A stretch of DNA of 64,000 bases from NCBI GenBank assembly GCA_963693365.1, contig CAVNZM010000004.1, forward strand, positions 11,932,468-11,996,467. The letters run 5' to 3'. Of the stretch, positions 39,800 through 54,327 are shown piece by piece. The position numbers and the translations under genes are program-made. The notes under the pieces are model-generated. The model did no database searches. It worked only from the letters and a program-made list of their open reading frames with translations, and was not told where the DNA came from. The first letter of the stretch is position 1, and each line of letters starts with the position of its first letter. Source of the stretch: Amoebidium appalachense. Taxonomy: Eukaryota > Protista > Ichthyosporea.

Positions 39800-41305
39800 G
39801 CACAAACGAGGGGGGTTGGATACAGGCAGCAACAACAATTTGTCTGCTTTCCTTGGGCCTCCATCTGTACAAATGGGTGGGGTAGGTGGTGTGGGTGGCT
39901 TGTTTTGTTTGGAACGCGCGAATTGATACATTGTGGCATGTCTGCTATGTATATTTTAGTCATGAAATGACATAAACATAGGTATACATGCGCAGGCACA
40001 GGCTCTGCGGTACCATGCGTACATTAGTGCGCACTGACACACACAAACACACATTCAGTGTATTGAATAACAAACATTGAATCGAGTTACTAAATGGCAC
40101 CATTTCCAAGTAAGAGACAAGAGTAATCTGATGTTCGCAACTGATTATCTGCCTATAAAGAAACCATACCCGAATATGAGTTAGGTGTATTTGTGAGTGA
40201 TGTGCCCATGAAGTAGCCTTCTCTTGACTCTATACTGGTATTAGTGTATTTGATTGATGTGTGTATAAATGAACCATAACTTGATACTAGTATATATATA
40301 TTGTTATATTGTTGAATTGTCAACTTATAAAGTGTCCGGACGTCCGTCTCACTGCTTCCGATTGCATGCCGCGGCTTGCATTTTTCTCATACCAGATATC
40401 GATTGTTTTCTAGAGTATTTTTAATTTGATTTCCTAAAGGGTTAAGGTTAGAATTGGCGCCATGATATACCGATACATCTGTGTATAGTTCGCGAATATG
40501 ATTGCTCACACTTCGGTCTAGCTGTTTGCCATGTGTGTCAAGTCGGACAAGTTGAACGTGGTTGCTAGTGCAAACTTATAGTGGGTTTTCCACTTTTGTC
40601 TGAAAGTAATCAATAAACTGAGTGTTTTGTTGCTTCTTGTTGATTTTTGTGAGTGTGGCCTAGCTTTTTCCTTCTGTTTTTCTGCCGATCTCCGCCCTCC
40701 TTCTATTTTCCCCCTCGGAGGCGTGGTAACATTTTCACGGGCAGCCCCCCTCCCCCCTCTCCCCCAGTGCCCCCACCGGCGGGCCACCAAATGTGCACCA
40801 CCACCACGTGACCACCACCACTTACCCCCTACACCCCTTCCTCCCTCTTACTAATTAAATACCCACCTGCAGCTGCAGACACACACACAAACGTGCACAC
40901 AAACACACACACACACACACACACTTACACACACACACACGTACCGCGCATGCAGTGTCACACGCACGTCCACATTCACACGTCCTCATGTACTGTACGT
41001 ACATGTACATGTGTACACACATGTACACCGTTGCAATCTGATTCAGGCCGATATCGATATATCGTGTCCTTGTACATGTAGCTCTCGATATGCCAGGTTG
41101 TAAGCTATTAATAGATAGTGCCCCTCCTCCTGCCCCACATCCCCCCTTCCGATCCCCAGGCCCCCTCAGCTCTCCGGGCCCCCCTCCTCCCTCGCCCCTT
41201 CCCTGCCGCCCCCCCCCCCCCCCCCCCCCCCCCTTTCTCCCCCTCCATGGGCCCCTTCCCCCACCGTACCACCACTAACCACCACGTGCGCCACCAGCCA
41301 TCCCC

Positions 41306-41336
<31 letters not shown>

Positions 41337-41409
41337 AAAAAAAAAAAAAAAAACCCTTATCGATGAAGCACGTGGGATTCAAGTGGGTTTTCTGGGTTTG
41401 GGGGGGGCC

Positions 41410-41456
<47 letters not shown>

Positions 41457-41471
41457 TGGGGGGGGGGGGGG

Positions 41472-41518
<47 letters not shown>

Positions 41519-41864
41519 GGGGGGGGGGGGGGGGGGGAGGAAGGGGGGGGCTCCGCGGCCGGGCCCCCCTGGCTCGTGGGTCCCCGCGGAGGATGATCAT
41601 TATCAATATACAAGTAGGTCTGTGCGCCGGCTGTCGCCGGCGCCAAAACATAACGAGACAGTTATTGATGTTGGGTTGTGTGGTTGTTACCTCCCCTCTC
41701 CCCTCCCCCCCCGGCCCCCCCCCCCCTCCCTCGCCTCACGCTTCCCCCCCCCCCCCCCCCCCCCCCCCCCCCTGGCCCCCCCGCCTCACGCTTCCTCCCC
41801 CCCCCCCCCCCCAAATCCTGCAGTTGCTGGATCTGCCAAATGTTATGACCCTTTTCCCTTTCAT

Positions 41865-41899
<35 letters not shown>

Positions 41900-42319
41900 A
41901 TTCCCCCCCCCCCCCCCCCCCCCCCCTTTCTTGCCACACTGTGTTATCAGTCTAGGGCCGGGAGAGATTGCCATTGCCGAAGTACCAAGTTTACTTGTGG
42001 TCCTCCAAAAACATGTAGCTGAAAACCACCAAGTGCAATATGTTCTAAATTGCTTGCAAAATTTTTATAATATTTTTATTATTTTGTTGTTTTACTTATT
42101 TTACAGAACTGTTTGGTAACCCGATGATATGCATGGACAGGCAATAAAACTTTCCACGTGCACCGTGTGCCAGGTGGGCAACATATTTCAGTGAAGTCTG
42201 GAATTGGCACCCCCCCGAAATGTTCCCGAACATAAAATCATCATTCTACGGTGTGTGTCAATATACCATGCTCACAAGTCAGTACTGCAATTATACTATT
42301 CTCAGTTTACTTCAAAGCA

Positions 42320-42361
<42 letters not shown>

Positions 42362-42847
42362 CCCTCTTCCCATTCCCTGCCCCCCCAAAATTTTTTTTTA
42401 TGCTTTTCATACTCAGTGACTGCAATCATGGCACCCGTGTTTTCTAGATATATTTCCTTTCATTGTGTTCAACGTCTATGTGTGTGTGTGTGTGTGTGTG
42501 TGCATGTTTGTGTGTGTGGGCCAAGTGAAGGTTGTATGCGTTTTTTTCTTCTTAGTTGTTTTTGTATTCTATTCGATTATTACTTTGTGTGTAAATGTGG
42601 AAAAAAAACAAATAAAAAAAATTACCAATGACCACCGCCCAGCTTGAATCACCCTTGCTCTAGTGTAAAAAAATAATCATTATCAGTCACAAACCCTTCT
42701 ACTACACTCGCCCCAAATGTCATATTCACATTACTGAGTTGATTTAGTTGTGTTTTTTACTCTATTTTTTTCAACAACTGTCTGCTTTTAAAACATTAAA
42801 ATGTACATGTGTTTGTGTGTGTGTGTGTGTGTGTGTGCCACAGGCCG

Positions 42848-42887
<40 letters not shown>

Positions 42888-43047
42888 ATATAGAATTTAC
42901 CGTCCTCATCCCCGTGTCCCCCTAAACCGGTGTTAGCAGACCTTTGAGGTTTTTGTGATTGGATTGGTAGTTCTATTACATTAAAATTTTCAAATGTCGT
43001 TGTACCAATGATATAATACGTTGTAAAACAAATGTCGCCGAATTTCT

Positions 43048-44551
43048 CTAAAAAAAGTGCGTTCCATTCTGGGTTAGAAACCAAAACAGTTTTGATACGG
43101 GAATCACCTGATCTCTGCCGTCATTCAGCCCAGCGCGTTCACAGTGAATCCGAAACCGCTGGTGTTTTTCTTTTTATTTCAAAGCCCCGAGTACGTACAT
43201 CCTCCCGGGCCCAACTTTACGGCACTATATTTCAATTTTCTCATTATCAAATATATAGTTATTTTAGGCTTTTGCATTAGTATCGCAAGAATATTTAGCG
43301 ATTTTGATGTCATAAAAACAACTAAGCAACGTTTCGATGGTTTTTGATGCCTCACAAAATGGCCTTAGGTCCCCTCCAAATTCCGGATTTGAGGTCCGGC
43401 ACTAAAAAAGGTGCGTTCCATTCTGGGTTAGAAACGAAAACCGTTTTGATACGGGAATCACCTGATCTCTGCCGTCATTCAGCCCAGCGCGTTCACAGTA
43501 GACTCCGAAACCGCTGGTTTTTTTCTTTTTACTTCAAAGCCCCGAGTACGTACATCCTCTCGGGCCCAACTTTACGGCACTATATTTCAATTTTCTCGTT
43601 ATCAAATATATAGTTATTTTAGGCTTTTTCATTAGTATCGCAAGAATATTTAGCGATTTTGATGTCATAAAAACAACTAAGCAACGTTTCGATGGTTTTT
43701 GATGCCTCACAAAATGGCCTTAGGTCCCCTCCAAATTCCGGATTTGAGGTCCGGCACTAAAAAAGGTGCGTTCCATTCTGGGTTAGAAACGAAAACCGTT
43801 TTGATACGGGAATCACCTGATCTCTGCCGTCATTCAGCCCAGCGCGTTCACAGTAGACTCCGAAACCGCTGGTTTTTTTCTTTTTACTTCAAAGCCCCGA
43901 GTACGTACATCCTCTCGGGCCTAACTTTACGGCACTATATTTCAATTTTCTCATTATAAAATATATAGTTATTTTAGGCTTTTTCATTAGTATCGCAAGA
44001 ATATTTAGCGATTTTGATGTCATAAAAACAACTAAGCAACGTTTCGATGGTTTTTGATGCCTCACAAAATGGCCTTTGGTCCCCTCCAAATTCCGGATTT
44101 GAGGTCCGGCAAACAACGCATTATATTCGGGCCCAACTTTAGGGCACTATATTTCAATTTTCTCATTATCAAATATATAGTTATTCTAGGCTTTTTCATT
44201 AGTATCGCAAGAATATTTAGCGATTTTGATGTCATAAAAACAACTAAGCAACGTTTCGATGGTTTTTGATGCCTCACAAAATGGCCTTTGGTCCCCTCCA
44301 AATTCCGGATTTGAGGTCCGGCAAACAACGCATTATATATATTGATTTTATGACATCAAAATCGCTAAATATTCTTGCGATACTAATGAAAAAGCCTAAA
44401 ATAACTATATATTTTATAATGAGAAAATTGAAATATAGTGCCGTAAAGTTAGGCCCGAGAGGATGTACGTACTCGGGGCTTTGAAGTAAAAAGAAAAAAC
44501 CAGCGGTTTCGGAGTCTACTGTGAACGCGCTGGGCTGAATGACGGCAGAGA
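43048..44551. repeat. 355-bp tandem array plus truncated and inverted partial units
   Basis: Units start at ~43048, 43402 and 43757. A ~212-bp truncated unit occupies 44112-44323 and an inverted partial unit 44344-44551. Confidence 0.92.
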
Positions 44552-44678
44552 TACCATATCAAGATACTGGCAGCCGAATGCGGGGCTCCCGTCTGCTAAA
44601 AAGGGGCCAGAGGCCATGCCCCTCTCGCAAAAAACGCTTTTATGCATGTGCTTGTGTTGAAGTGCGTGCTGTGTGTCA

Positions 44679-44679
<1 letters not shown>

Positions 44680-44760
<81 letters not shown>

Positions 44761-45086
44761 GCGTGTATGCGTGTCACAATAACGGTGCGTGCACGTGTAG
44801 TCTATTTAGATCTACGGTGTGTGTGGGTGGGCGGTGTGTATATGGGTGTATATCATGGTGTGTGTCTGGTGTGCATGTGTGGGTGCGCGCGCGCGTGTGA
44901 TTTAATTGCGTGTGTGCGTGTGCGTGTGTGTGCACGTTTGTGTGCATCTTTGTGTGTGTGTGTGTGTGTGTGTGACTGTGTATGTGTGTGCACGTGTGTG
45001 TGTGCACGAGAAAGAGAGATTGAGAGTGGGGGTGTGTGTGTGTGTGTGTATGTGTTTGTGTTTCTGCCGGTGCGTCCTTTTTTTAT

Positions 45087-45117
<31 letters not shown>

Positions 45118-46098
45118 GGGGGGGAGGGGGGGAAGGGTGTTGATAAACACTCTTCCCACGGCAACATGGGACAGAAAGAGTTTCTTTGTAGATGGGTGGT
45201 CATATGGTTTTAGACACATGACCAAAACAAAAATTGCAGGGTGGGGGTTCCACCCTAGTGGTACCGTGTGGGCAAGTTTCATCCACAACGCAGGCAGGCT
45301 CGGATAAAAAGACATGGGTATGGTTGACTCCCCTACCTTGGGGGGAAATCACCATACGCCCATTTCCAGAAGGACACTGCACCACCTGCAAGCAATTGAA
45401 AACTGTCAGCATGTGTGTTTGTTTTGCACATTCAGTGTGTGTGTGTGTGTGTGTTGAGTGTATGTGTGTGCAGCATGTGTATGTGTGTGTGTATGTGTGT
45501 GTGACTGTGCTTGTGCGGAGTGTGCGTGTGTGCACGTGTGTGGGTTGTGTGCCAGTTATTGTGTGTGTATGTGGGTGGGTTTGTGTGCGTATGTACACGT
45601 GTGCAGACGCTTTTGCCTATAAAAGAACGTGTGCGTTATGTGCGTGCCAGCTAACAAGTGGGTGAGCAAGCTTTGCTTGCACGTGTTTATGACTTGTCAA
45701 CATTCAAGTGTGTGCGTATGTGTGCGCACGTGTGTGTTTGTGGGTGTGGGTGTGGGTGTGCGATGTGTGTCTGTGTTTTTCTTTTTGGTTTGTGGTGTTT
45801 GTGGTATTCTGTTGGTGCTTATGCTTGCCCATGTGTACGAGTGTCATGCACGTTTGTGTATGAGTGTGCATGCGTGTGTGTATGAGTGTGGCATGTGTGT
45901 GTGTCTGTGTGTGTCACGGTGTGTGTATGTGTGTGTGTGTGTGTGAACGAGTGTGTGAACGTGTGCGGATCTGGTTGCCTGCACGTGTGTGTATGTGTGC
46001 ATGGTGCGCATGTGCACGTATAAATGTTTCCCCATGTGCGCGCGTTTCAGTCATGCACGTGTGTGTATGTGTGTGCAGGCGTGTCTGTCTCTTTGTGT

Positions 46099-46136
<38 letters not shown>

Positions 46137-46241
46137 TGCATGTGCACGTGTGAATGTTTGCCCATGTGCGCGCATTCCAGTCATGCACGTGTGTGTATGT
46201 GTGTCCAGGCGTGTGTGTCTCTTTGTGTGTGTATGTCACTG

Positions 46242-46280
<39 letters not shown>

Positions 46281-46493
46281 TGCATGTGCACGTGTGAATG
46301 TTTGCCCATGTGCGCGCACTTCAGTCATGCATGTGTGTGTATGTGTGTCCAGGCGTGTGTGTCTCTTTGTGTGTGTATGTCACTGTGTGTGTGTGTGTGT
46401 GTGTGCGCGCACGCGTGTGCACGTGTGTGGATCTGGGTGCCTGCACGTGTGTGTGTGTGTGCATGTGTTCATGTGTTCATGTGTGCAAGTGCG

Positions 46494-46583
<90 letters not shown>

Positions 46584-47128
46584 ATCTTTGTGTGTGTGTG
46601 TGTGTGTATGTGTGTGACTGTGTGTGTGTGTGTGCACGTGTGTGTGTGCACGAGAAAGAGAGATTGAGAGTGGGTGTGTGGGTGTGTGGGTGTATGTGTT
46701 TGTGTTTCTGCCGGTGTGTCCTTTTTTTTGTGTGTGTTTTTTTGTGTGTTTGTGTGTGTGTGTTTGTGTTTGTGGGTTTGGGTGTGCGATGTGTGTCTGT
46801 GTTTTTCTTTTTGGTTTGTGGTGTTTGTGGTATACAGTTGGTGCTTATGCTTGCCCATGTGTACGCGTGTCATGCACGTTTGTGTATGAGTGTGCATGCG
46901 TGTGCGTATGAGTGTGCATGTGTGTGTGCCTGTGTGTGTCACGGTGTGCTGTGTGTGTGTGTGTGAACGAGCGTGTGCACGTGTGCGGATCTGGTTGCCT
47001 GCACGTGTGTGTATGCGTGCATGGTGCGCATGTGCACGTGTGAATGTTTGCCCATGTCCGTGCGTTTTAGTCATGCACGCGCGTGTATGTGTGTGGTGTG
47101 CAGGCGTGTGTGTCTCTTTGTGTGTGTA

Positions 47129-47197
<69 letters not shown>

Positions 47198-47340
47198 TGC
47201 ATGTGTACGTGTGAATGTTTGCCCATGTGTGCGCATTTCAGTCATGCACGTGTGTGTATGTGTGTCCAGGCGTGTGTGTCTCTTTGTGTGTGTATGTCAC
47301 TCTGTCGCGCGCGTGTGCACGTGTGCGGATCTGGGTGCCT
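44680..47340. repeat. Complex TG-rich satellite with higher-order duplications
   Basis: (TG)n interspersed with recurring cassettes (GCACGTGTGAATGTTTGCCCATG, CGGATCTGGTTGCCTGCACG, CACGAGAAAGAGAGATTGAGAGTGGG). Blocks 44941-45080 vs 46581-46730 and ~45740-46110 vs ~46770-47130 are duplicated. Confidence 0.85.
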
Positions 47341-48186
47341 TGTACCTGTGGTGCTGCAGAAGGTGCAGCCAGCAGCAGCAGAAAGAGCACGAGCGAGAAG
47401 ACCACGCCCAACGCCTTACCGACCACGCGCAACGCCTTACGCGGCGTTCCTTTCTAAAAACCCCCAATTGCTTCTATTAGTATCCGCAGTAAGTCGGTCG
47501 ACCACTATGCAAAAACAAAGCGTTTTCTTCTCAGTTTTGCCCTCCGACGTCTGATCAGGCTCCAATCATCATGATCACGGAAACGGTATTTTTACCGCGC
47601 TTATGCTGTTCTTTGCCAGGTATCAACGCTGAACCGGACATTTCGATTCGCAAATCAAGGTACACTCAAATAACATTGAAAAGCCCCAACGAAATATTGT
47701 TCGACACCATATTTACCTAAATTACAGATTTAATATAAACTAAATGATTCCCGATTTCGCTGACAGGGTAACAATTACCATCTAGTTACCGCGCTCCTGG
47801 AAGCGAATCCAATGCGTTATCTCTCATTCCATTGACCCAGGAGCCAATCCAATCGAGTTTTTGAAAGTGATTTTTGTCCACCTTCGCCCGCCCAAAAAAC
47901 GTTACCGGTGACCACCCTCCCCCTTCCAACCCTGTGCGAAATGGGCACCGTATGCAGAATAGAAAGGGCCTCTGGCCCCAAAAACTGTTTTGGTTTCTAA
48001 CCCAGAATGGAACGCACTTTTTCTAGAGAAATTCGGCGACATTTGTTTTACAACGTATTATATCATTGGTACAACGACATTTGAAAATTTTAATGTAATA
48101 GAACTACCAATCCAATCACAAAAACCTCAAAGGTCTGCTAACACCGGTTTAGGGGGACACGGGGATGAGGACGGTAAATTCTATAT

Positions 48187-48229
<43 letters not shown>

Positions 48230-48732
48230 GGCCTGTGGCACACACACACACACACACACACAAACACATGTACATTTTGATGTTTTAATAGCAGACAGTT
48301 GTTGAAAAAAATAGAGTAAAAAACACAACTAAATCAACTCAGTAATGTGAATATGACATTTGGGGCGAGTGTAGTAGAAGGGTTTGTGACTGATAATGAT
48401 TATTTTTTTACACTAGAGCTAGGGTGATTCAAGCTGGGCGGTGGTCATTGGTAATTTTTTCTATTTGTTTTTTTTCCACATTTACACACAAAGTAATAAT
48501 CGAATAGAATACAAAAACAACTAAGAAGAAAAAAACCCATACAACCTTCACTTGGCCCACACACACACATTCACACACACACAAACATGCACACACACAC
48601 ACACACACATAGACGTTGAACACAATGAAAGGAAATATATCTAGAAAACACGGGTGCCATGATTGCAGTCACTGAGTATGAAAAGCATAAAAACAAAATT
48701 GAGGGGGGCAGGGAATGGGAAGAGGGCCGGGG

Positions 48733-48777
<45 letters not shown>

Positions 48778-49179
48778 TGCTTTGAAGTAAACTGAGAATA
48801 GTATAATTGCAGTACTGACTTGTGAGCATGGTATATTGACACACACCGTAGAATGATGTTTTTTTGTTCGGGAACATTTCGGGGGGGGTGCCAATTCCAG
48901 ACTTCATTGAAATATGTTGCCCACCTGGCACTCAGTGCACGTGGAAAGTTTTATTGCCTGTCCATGCATATCATCGGGTTACCAAACAGTTCTGTAAAAT
49001 AAGTAAAACAACAAAAATAATAAAAGCATTATAAATTTTTTGCAAGCAATTTAGAACATATATATTGCACTTGGTGGTTTTCAGCTACATGTTTTTGGAG
49101 GACCACAAGTAAACTTGGTACTAGTTCGGCAATGGCAATCTCTCCCGGCCCTAGACTGATAACACAATGTGGCAAGAAA

Positions 49180-49265
<86 letters not shown>

Positions 49266-49315
49266 ATGAAAGGGAAAAGGGTCATAACATTTGGCAGATC
49301 CAGCAACTGCAGGAT

Positions 49316-49355
<40 letters not shown>

Positions 49356-50025
49356 GGAAGCGTGAGGCGGGGGGGGAGGGGGGGGGGGGGGGGGGGAGCG
49401 TGAGGCGAGGGAGGGGGGGGGGGGGGGGGGGGGGGGGAGGGGAGAGGGAGGTAACAACCACACAACCCAACATCAATAACTGTTTCGTTATGTTTTGGCG
49501 CCGGCGACAGCCGGCGCACAGACCTACTTGTATATCATACTTCGGAAAGCGTGGCCGGGCCCCACGGCCCCGGGCTGCGTGGGCCCGGGGGCGCGGCCGT
49601 CACGGTACGTATACACATACACGTCTCCAAAATTCTATTTTATCTATCAATTCTTTGAGTTGAACCCTGCGTTTTCGGCACATCACTACCCTCTGGAGGT
49701 GGGGATTGGGGGAAGGGAAGGGGGAGGCCGAGGGGGGAAGGGGGGGGGGAGGGGAGGGAAATCGTGCGATTGCGATTTCATCAACCAATCACAGTGATGC
49801 GCGGGCGATTCGAACTGCACAAAAAAAGCACTGCAACCAACCACCATTTCAGGTTTCACGTCTGAGCCTAGAGCTCGCGCAGAGCCAAACACTGATGTCT
49901 CAATCTCCAATCGTTATTAAGCCTACATGCTCTTCCGCAGGCTACTCAGCTCCTTTGACTCATAGCCAGTGTTTTGACAGTGTGATATATCTATATACTT
50001 GCATAGCTACGCAGCTGAAGGCAAC

Positions 50026-50841
50026 ATGGGTGGGGGTGAATATACCACGGGGCACCAGCGCGTTGCCGAGTGTTATGTAAAGCTTTCCAGCAGCTGGATG
50101 TCACGGGAGGAGCTTATGAAGCTGGTATCTAACACTCTGGCACCGCTGAGAATCAGCGTTACAGTACTGGAAACGGACGTTGAGAGGGAGGAGAGTGCCC
50201 AATACCAAGTTATCGACCCGGTTACACCCAAGCAAGGTGTGTGTGTATGCTGGGTTTCTGGAGACACTCCTTCTTCTTTCTCGAAGTTTTTTTGGCCGAA
50301 CTGACGCATTGGGTGCTTCGCTAGTTGCCAGTATGTAGTGAACCTCATATAAAGGAAAGTTTCTATAAATGCCGAAACCAAACACTTGTTAGCAGCTCCA
50401 CAACGATGACGTGATAGTATTCTTGTTGAAGCAAAGAATGCTCCCCTAAGTAAGGCAGCATACCCGGCACGAACAAGAAGAGAGGGGATGGAGAGAGGAT
50501 GTGTGCACATGCATCTGCAACATAGGTCTCGTTTTATGGACGTCTAAGGCCCAGATTCGGTGGATGTTTACTGAACTTGCTCTCAAAGTCCTAAAAACTC
50601 GGCCACTGTTGGCTTAAGTGTCACTGTGCTCTGGGTGACAGCCTCTCTGTGGCACTTGCTTAGTGCATGTTCCTCACATCCATCGCAAGATGAGCACCTT
50701 CCTGTGTTTTCCCCTGCGTGCATACTAACCCGTTCATTCCGGTTCTTGCTTCCCCCTCACAGTCAAGCAAGCTCAGACCGCATCCACACCTCCCAGCGCA
50801 TATTTCACACCCACACAGTGGTCAGAAGATGAAAGGTATGC

Positions 50842-50872
<31 letters not shown>

Positions 50873-50888
50873 CGCCCCGCGCACCCTT

Positions 50889-50985
<97 letters not shown>

Positions 50986-51424
50986 ACACAGCCTACTATA
51001 TTGAGATGGGATGAGTGAGAACAAACACATATGCAATTGTGCATTGAAGTTCCCAGCAGACCAGACCTAACAATATTCTACTGTGTACGGATCTTGTCAG
51101 AACTGCCTGTCAGCGTGTGCAGGTGTTGTTTTGCGTGTGAGCACGTGGCGAGCTTCTGTACACCCTATGTAGTAGGGGGAGTAGGTGGTGGTTTGGGAAA
51201 AGGTGAGTGTTCTTTATATTTATTTGGACCGCAGGCCCGGGCTATGGCAGGCAGAGTCACCCGTACCCCAGGCCAGACTGTTTAAGGTAGGTGCATCAAC
51301 TATCTGCCTAAGATATAGCACCAACCACTAATATTAGAACCACACACCCTCCTAATGGAAAAGGTGAAACATCTTCCCATCCATACACAAAGATTCACAC
51401 CAACATGCACATCAGCACACACAA

Positions 51425-51509
<85 letters not shown>

Positions 51510-52431
51510 CATACAGACGTGCCCAGTAGATGTCACATTTCAAACTTCTTCCCTTCTTCTGATCCTCACTGCTCGCGGTTTATATACCTGCAGGAAGATA
51601 AATTGCGAGCAAAAGTCAGAACACATGCTCTTGCACGTTCAACCATGCTCCCTAACCCATCTCTGTGTGTATACTGACCCGACCCTACTATGTGTTTTTC
51701 AATATGCAGGGTGAGGCACCCACCCCCAAGCCTGCATGTAATGATGACACCTTTGATGAATTTGGGGCCCCAGGCAGGTATGCATAATTAGCTGCCAGCA
51801 TGCGCTTGCAACATCCCTGCATCTCCCTCTCCCCCCCCCCCCCCCCCTCCCCCTCCCCCCCCCCCTCACCTTCTACACACACGCCAACCCTGACGTACAT
51901 GTGGCACACCTTTTACCCATATTCCATGGTTAGCATGGGGGGATAGTCCGATTTTCATTTGAGAGACATGTAGGTACTAGATGATGGTACAAGGGGACAA
52001 AAAGGGATGGGGAGGGCGGAAAGCATGGAGGAGAGGGAGGAGGGAGGGAAAGGAGGTGGGGTGTGTCTGGGTCATGTTAGGATACACCAATCGACAACAA
52101 GATTATTGATCAGATAACTGATGCCTCTGATTTGCCCCCCCCCCCCCCCCCCCCCCTCCCCCCCCCCCCCGGCGGGCAAAAAAAAAAACAACAAAAAAAC
52201 AAAAACAAAAAAAAAACACCACTGTTACATCCTGCAGCATACCCGACACAGCAGATGAAGCAAACAGGCAGATGGGACGGCAGGTCAAGGTGGGTCGGGT
52301 GGGCACTTGCAGGTGGGGGGCGCCGGGGGGGGGGGGGGGGGGGAGGGGGGGGAGGGGGGGCTGCGGATTGGGGAGAAGGAAGAGCGGCATGGGCCTCCCT
52401 TGAAAACGAAGAGAGACAAGGGTGTCCCTTG

Positions 52432-52512
<81 letters not shown>

Positions 52513-54238
52513 ATGTGGTGGGTGGGAGAAGGGGTGGGTGGGTGGGGGGAAGGGGGGGGGAAGGATTTGGCCCTTTGAAAGTGATGAGCAAGGTGAATGC
52601 TGATGGTTGTGGTGGTAGGAAGGGGTTGGGGGGGGGGGGGGGGGGGGGGAGAAAGCAAAAATGAAGATCGTTTGAAAGGCATTGCACAGGCCTCAGCTGA
52701 CATGCAGCCAACCAGATGACACCACGGCGACTAGTGCGCCAATCACTAGGGGGCCAGTTTGAGGCCTCACCCACCTGTGTGGTCGGCAAGGGTCTTGCCT
52801 ACAATCTCAGAATGCCCACTAGGGTGCGCACTAAGGTTGTTACCGCTACAACCGCCGGTGTTGATCGTATGCCCCCCCCCCCCCCCCCCCCCTCTCCTTC
52901 TCCCCCCCCTTCCCACCCACCCACCCCCCTTCTCCCTCCCTTCTCCCTCCCTCCCTCTTCTTCCCCAGTCCCACATGCACAAAAAGGCACCCATACCTAG
53001 CTGCCTCTATTCCCACCCCCACTGACCCTTCTCGAAGTTCCTATTCCTTATTTCCGCTAATGTATATGATTCTCACCATGTTCACCAACCTCCCTGCCCC
53101 TCACCCTAAGATAAAAAAAAGAAAAGAAAAGAAAAAAAGAAAAGAAAGGGGGGAGGGGGAGGGGGGAATCCAACACAAGCTCGACATGGCATCTTTAGAT
53201 CTCTGGGATGAAACTTCCGCAAATGACCATGAACCCCAGTCTGCTTACCTCCTTCCCCATCGAGCCCCTCTGGGAGTGGCTTCGTGAAAGGAAACAAGCG
53301 TGATAAACGGTGCTTTGTGTTTTCCTGGGTCTCGTCCCCTCCCCTCTCTCCCCCTCCCCCCTCCCCCCCCCCCCCCCCCCACACACACACACCCCTCTTT
53401 TGTCTTTTGTATACCCTTATGGAGCACCAACGTCAAAGCCATCACTTCCCTTTTTACATCGATTAAATGACAGGGTGCAAACAAGGAAGGCAGGAAACGG
53501 GCAAAGGAAGCAGGGAGTAAAGAAAGAGGGGACAGGGAGAGAGTTGAGCAAGAAGAAATTAGCAGGTGGTGGGCAGTGTTGCAGTGAACTGGAGATCCAC
53601 GGGGAGCGGGGGAGGGGGGAGAACGGGGGGAGGGGGGGGGGGGGGGGGGATGTGAGGTATGGTTGTGATGTAATGCCAACAGTGAATTGTTTCTGCAGTT
53701 GCTGCCGTGCTAGGCAGTGGGGTGGGTGCACAGCTACAGGCACTAGTCAGGGGCTACCTGACCCGCCAGGCATACACAAGCAGACGGGCTACAGAGCTTA
53801 AACGAACAATCACGGTGGGTGGTGCTTTTCCTGCTTGCCTTAGCATATAGGATGAAGATTTGGGGGAGTGGGTGGGTGTGGGGGGGGGGGGGGGGGGGGG
53901 GGGGAGGAGGGGGAGGGAGCGAGGGAAAAATGGGGGGGGGGGGGGGGAGATGGTTAGGGTCTTTGGGAGCACACAGATCAGAACAGGCACACCATTTTGG
54001 GCTGGTACCTGTCACGTGGGGCATGGGCATAGGCATAGGCAACTATCAGCTCGGTTGTGATTGCCGGTGCACACACAGGACGATTGGGGAGAACGTTGCT
54101 TACTTTCCCCCCTCCCCCTCCCCCCCCCCCCCCCCCCCCCCCCCCCCCTTCGGCGCAAAAAAAAATTAAAATACTCTGCATCAAGTTATGCTCGTGAGTG
54201 TGAACTTCCTACTCTGTAAATCATTCTCAACCCCCCCT

Positions 54239-54327
<89 letters not shown>

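Larger units (their letters stand above)
41611..49530. mobile_element. 7.9-kb non-coding foldback element with ~1.5-kb terminal inverted repeats
   Basis: 41611-~43092 is the reverse complement of ~47981-49530, differing mainly in homopolymer lengths. Termini are TA|CAAGTAGG ... CCTACTTG|TA (TA or TATA target). The interior is tandem repeats and TG-rich satellite. Confidence 0.85.

Noticed and set aside
43048-44340. Repeat array as a possible CRISPR array or repeated small gene (MMPHKMA... ORFs)
   Set aside because: Units are 355-bp contiguous copies with no unique spacers and no cas genes; the ORFs simply recur with the unit.
41611-49530. Polinton/virus-like element suggested by long TIRs and AGTAG near the ends
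   Set aside because: No 6-bp TSD and no polB, integrase or capsid coding remnants; the interior is satellite.
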